This document shows positions 4,807 to 6,659 of a stretch of 6,659 nucleotides of DNA, one piece after another. The notes under the pieces were generated by a model that ran no database searches, was not told where the DNA came from, and saw only the letters and a program-made list of their open reading frames with translations. Positions within the stretch are counted from its first letter, which is position 1. Each line of letters opens with the position of its first letter. A program made the translations under genes and the position numbers. The stretch is from Patescibacteria group bacterium. GTDB lineage: Bacteria; Patescibacteriota; Minisyncoccia; UBA6257; HR35. Location of the stretch: NCBI GenBank assembly GCA_030549845.1, contig JAUQQN010000004.1, positions 1-6,659 on the forward strand. Reading direction: 5' to 3'.

Positions 4807-6633
4807 CTACATACTTGGCTGTTCTGTTTCTGTTCCTTTATAAAATTGGAGACCTATTTGGGATAAAAGATGAGAAAGTTCTTTTATCTTTTCTTCAATC
4901 AAATCCGCATTATCAGTATTTTTAATCTCAGTTAATTCTTTAATTTTATTTTGTATGTTATTAACTAAATCCTGGGAGATTTTATCTTTATATTCTTGTA
5001 ACAATTTATTTGCCTGATATATCAAATTATCTGCTTGATTTCTTGTTTCTGCTAATCTTTTCTTTCTTAAATCTTCCTGAGCATACATTTCAGCTTCTTT
5101 TTTCATTCTTTCTATTTCTTCCTTAGAAAGATTAGTAGAACTTGTTATTTTTACACTTTGGGTTTTCCCAGTTGCTTTATCTTTGGCTGTAACTGTTAAA
5201 ATACCATTTACATCTATATCAAAAGTAACTTCAATTTGAGGAACTCCTCTAGGGGCCGGAGGAATACCATCAAGAATAAACCGAGCTAATGTTTTATTAT
5301 CACTAGCCATCGGCCTTTCCCCTTGAACAACGTGAATTTCTACAGCACTTTGGTTATCTTCTGCTGTTGTGAAAATTTCTGTTTTTGAAAAAGGTATAGG
5401 AGTATTTTTAGGTATCATTGGATGTGCAATTCCACCTAATGTTTCTATTGCTAAAGTCAGTGGAGTAACATCTAAAAGCAAAATTTCTCTTACATCTCCT
5501 TGTAGTATACCTGCTTGAATTGCTGCACCTATTGCTACTACTTCGTCTGGATTTATATCTTTTCGTGGTTCTTTCCCAAAATAATCTCTTACCATTTGCT
5601 GAATTAATGGCATTCTTGTTTGACCACCAACTAAAAGAATTTCATCAATGTCTTTGGGTGTTAAACCAATTTCTTTTAAGGTTTTATCAACTATTTCAAT
5701 GGATCTTTCCACAAGGTCTCTTGTTAATTCTTCTAATTTAGATCGTGTTAATTTAAAGTATAAATGCTTTGGCTCATCTTTAACTGAAGCTATAAAAGGT
5801 AGGTTGATTTCAGTTTCGTATAATGTGGAGAGCTCTTGCTTGGCTTTTTCTGCTGCTTCTTTTAACCTTTGCAAAGCTAATGGATCCTTGCTTAAATCAA
5901 TATTTTCTTGCTTTTTGAATTCTTCAACTAAATAATCTATTATTCTTTGATCGAAATCATCACCACCTAAATATGAATCACCTCCAATTCCTTTTGTTTC
6001 AATTACATTATCTCCTATTTCTAAAATAGAAACATCAAAAGTTCCACCTCCAAAGTCATAAACTAAAATTTTCTGATTAACATTTTTATCTAATCCATAA
6101 GCTAACGCAGCTGCTGTTGGTTCAGGTAAAATTCTTCTTACATTAAAACCTGCTATTTCACCAGCTGCTTTTGTTGCAGATCTTTGTGAATCATCAAAAT
6201 AAGCAGGTACTGTAATAACAGCTTCATCTATTTTTTCTCCTAATTTTTCTTCAACATCCATTTTAATCTTTTGTAAAATCATAGCTGATATTTCTTCTGG
6301 TCTATACCACTTATCACCCATTTTTACCTCAATTCCCCCATTTGAAGATTCTCTTATTTCATAAGGAAGTTTAGCTTTTGCTCTTTGAACTTCTGGATCA
6401 GAATATCTTCTTCCTATCAATCTTTTAATTGAGAAAATAGTATTTAAAGGATTGGTAATAGCTTGTCTTTTTGCTAATATCCCAACCAATCTTTCACCAC
6501 TTTTAGAAATAGCAACAACTGAAGGAGTAATTCTCATGCCTTCTCTATTTTCTATAACTCTTGGCACCCCAGCTTCAACAATTGCTGCTACTGAATTGGT
6601 TGTGCCTAAATCTATTCCGATTATCTTGGGCAT
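4807..6633 (-). CDS. dnaK: Chaperone DnaK (Hsp70)
   Basis: [102 protein letters not shown]. Collinear with E. coli and B. subtilis DnaK over the ATPase, substrate-binding and helical lid domains; only their acidic C-terminal tail is absent. 608 aa. Stop TAG 4809..4807. Confidence 0.98.
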   Translation of the reverse strand: MPKIIGIDLGTTNSVAAIVEAGVPRVIENREGMRITPSVVAISKSGERLVGILAKRQAITNPLNTIFSIKRLIGRRYSDPEVQRAKAKLPYEIRESSNGGIEVKMGDKWYRPEEISAMILQKIKMDVEEKLGEKIDEAVITVPAYFDDSQRSATKAAGEIAGFNVRRILPEPTAAALAYGLDKNVNQKILVYDFGGGTFDVSILEIGDNVIETKGIGGDSYLGGDDFDQRIIDYLVEEFKKQENIDLSKDPLALQRLKEAAEKAKQELSTLYETEINLPFIASVKDEPKHLYFKLTRSKLEELTRDLVERSIEIVDKTLKEIGLTPKDIDEILLVGGQTRMPLIQQMVRDYFGKEPRKDINPDEVVAIGAAIQAGILQGDVREILLLDVTPLTLAIETLGGIAHPMIPKNTPIPFSKTEIFTTAEDNQSAVEIHVVQGERPMASDNKTLARFILDGIPPAPRGVPQIEVTFDIDVNGILTVTAKDKATGKTQSVKITSSTNLSKEEIERMKKEAEMYAQEDLRKKRLAETRNQADNLIYQANKLLQEYKDKISQDLVNNIQNKIKELTEIKNTDNADLIEEKIKELSHLLSQIGLQFYKGTETEQPSM

Positions 6634-6659
6634 GGTTAAATTTCTTTGCTAATTAATTA

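Noticed and set aside
5520-6652. Antisense ORFs 5520..5741, 5648..5935 and 6452..6652 opposite dnaK
   Set aside because: Open antisense frames in hsp70 genes are a known by-product of codon usage. These are short and overlap each other, and they have L/S-rich translations with no motifs.
6634-6659. CIRCE/HrcA operator upstream of dnaK (TTAGCA on the coding strand, CTTTGCTAA at 6644-6652)
   Set aside because: Only 6 of 9 positions match one half-site of TTAGCACTC-N9-GAGTGCTAA, and the partner half (6626-6634) matches 4 of 9. The window ends 26 nt upstream of the dnaK start, so the real promoter and operator region is not visible.
6649-6659. TAATTAATTAG on the dnaK strand, giving stop codons in all three frames at the window edge
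   Set aside because: It may mark the end of an upstream gene, possibly grpE, but such strings are expected by chance in AT-rich DNA. Nothing upstream can be seen.
1-6659. Alternative genetic code (no TGA among the 8 stop codons: 6 TAA, 2 TAG)
   Set aside because: All conserved genes are full length with no in-frame TGA, and Trp is encoded by TGG (for example 427-429). Absence of TGA stops is expected at this AT content and with this sample size. The standard bacterial code fits.
1-6659. CRISPR arrays, tRNA/rRNA genes, transposase or integrase genes, defence or toxin-antitoxin modules
   Set aside because: Intergenic space totals well under 150 nt. I found no spaced repeat arrays, no cloverleaf-capable GC-rich segments, and no ORF with nuclease, transposase or toxin motifs.

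Overview
Very AT-rich window (about 30% GC or lower, judged by eye), almost fully coding, with 8 genes in four alternating strand blocks. I found no rRNA, tRNA, CRISPR array or mobile element. Plus strand: the 3' part of a sensor histidine kinase, running off the left edge, followed by two tandem stand-alone receiver-domain response regulators. Minus strand: a secreted or membrane-anchored Amidase_3-type N-acetylmuramoyl-L-alanine amidase. Plus strand: an RpiB/LacAB-family sugar-phosphate isomerase. Minus strand: a dnaK - unknown polytopic membrane protein - dnaJ cluster. All three strand switches are overlaps (CTAA, CATG, TTAA), no start codon has a Shine-Dalgarno sequence, and most starts have an exact TATAAT 6-12 nt upstream. 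By inference, this compact style and gene content fit a streamlined, uncultivated low-GC bacterium such as the CPR/Patescibacteria. The Hsp70 indel pattern argues against Firmicutes/Mollicutes. The best candidate for something undescribed is the 315-aa multi-pass membrane protein between dnaK and dnaJ, whose stop lies 2 nt from the dnaJ start. Second is the apparent per-gene -10-only, near-leaderless expression architecture. Third is the kinase plus twin output-less receivers with non-canonical features. I see no recognisable defence, toxin or mobile system, and all functional ideas here are hypotheses.
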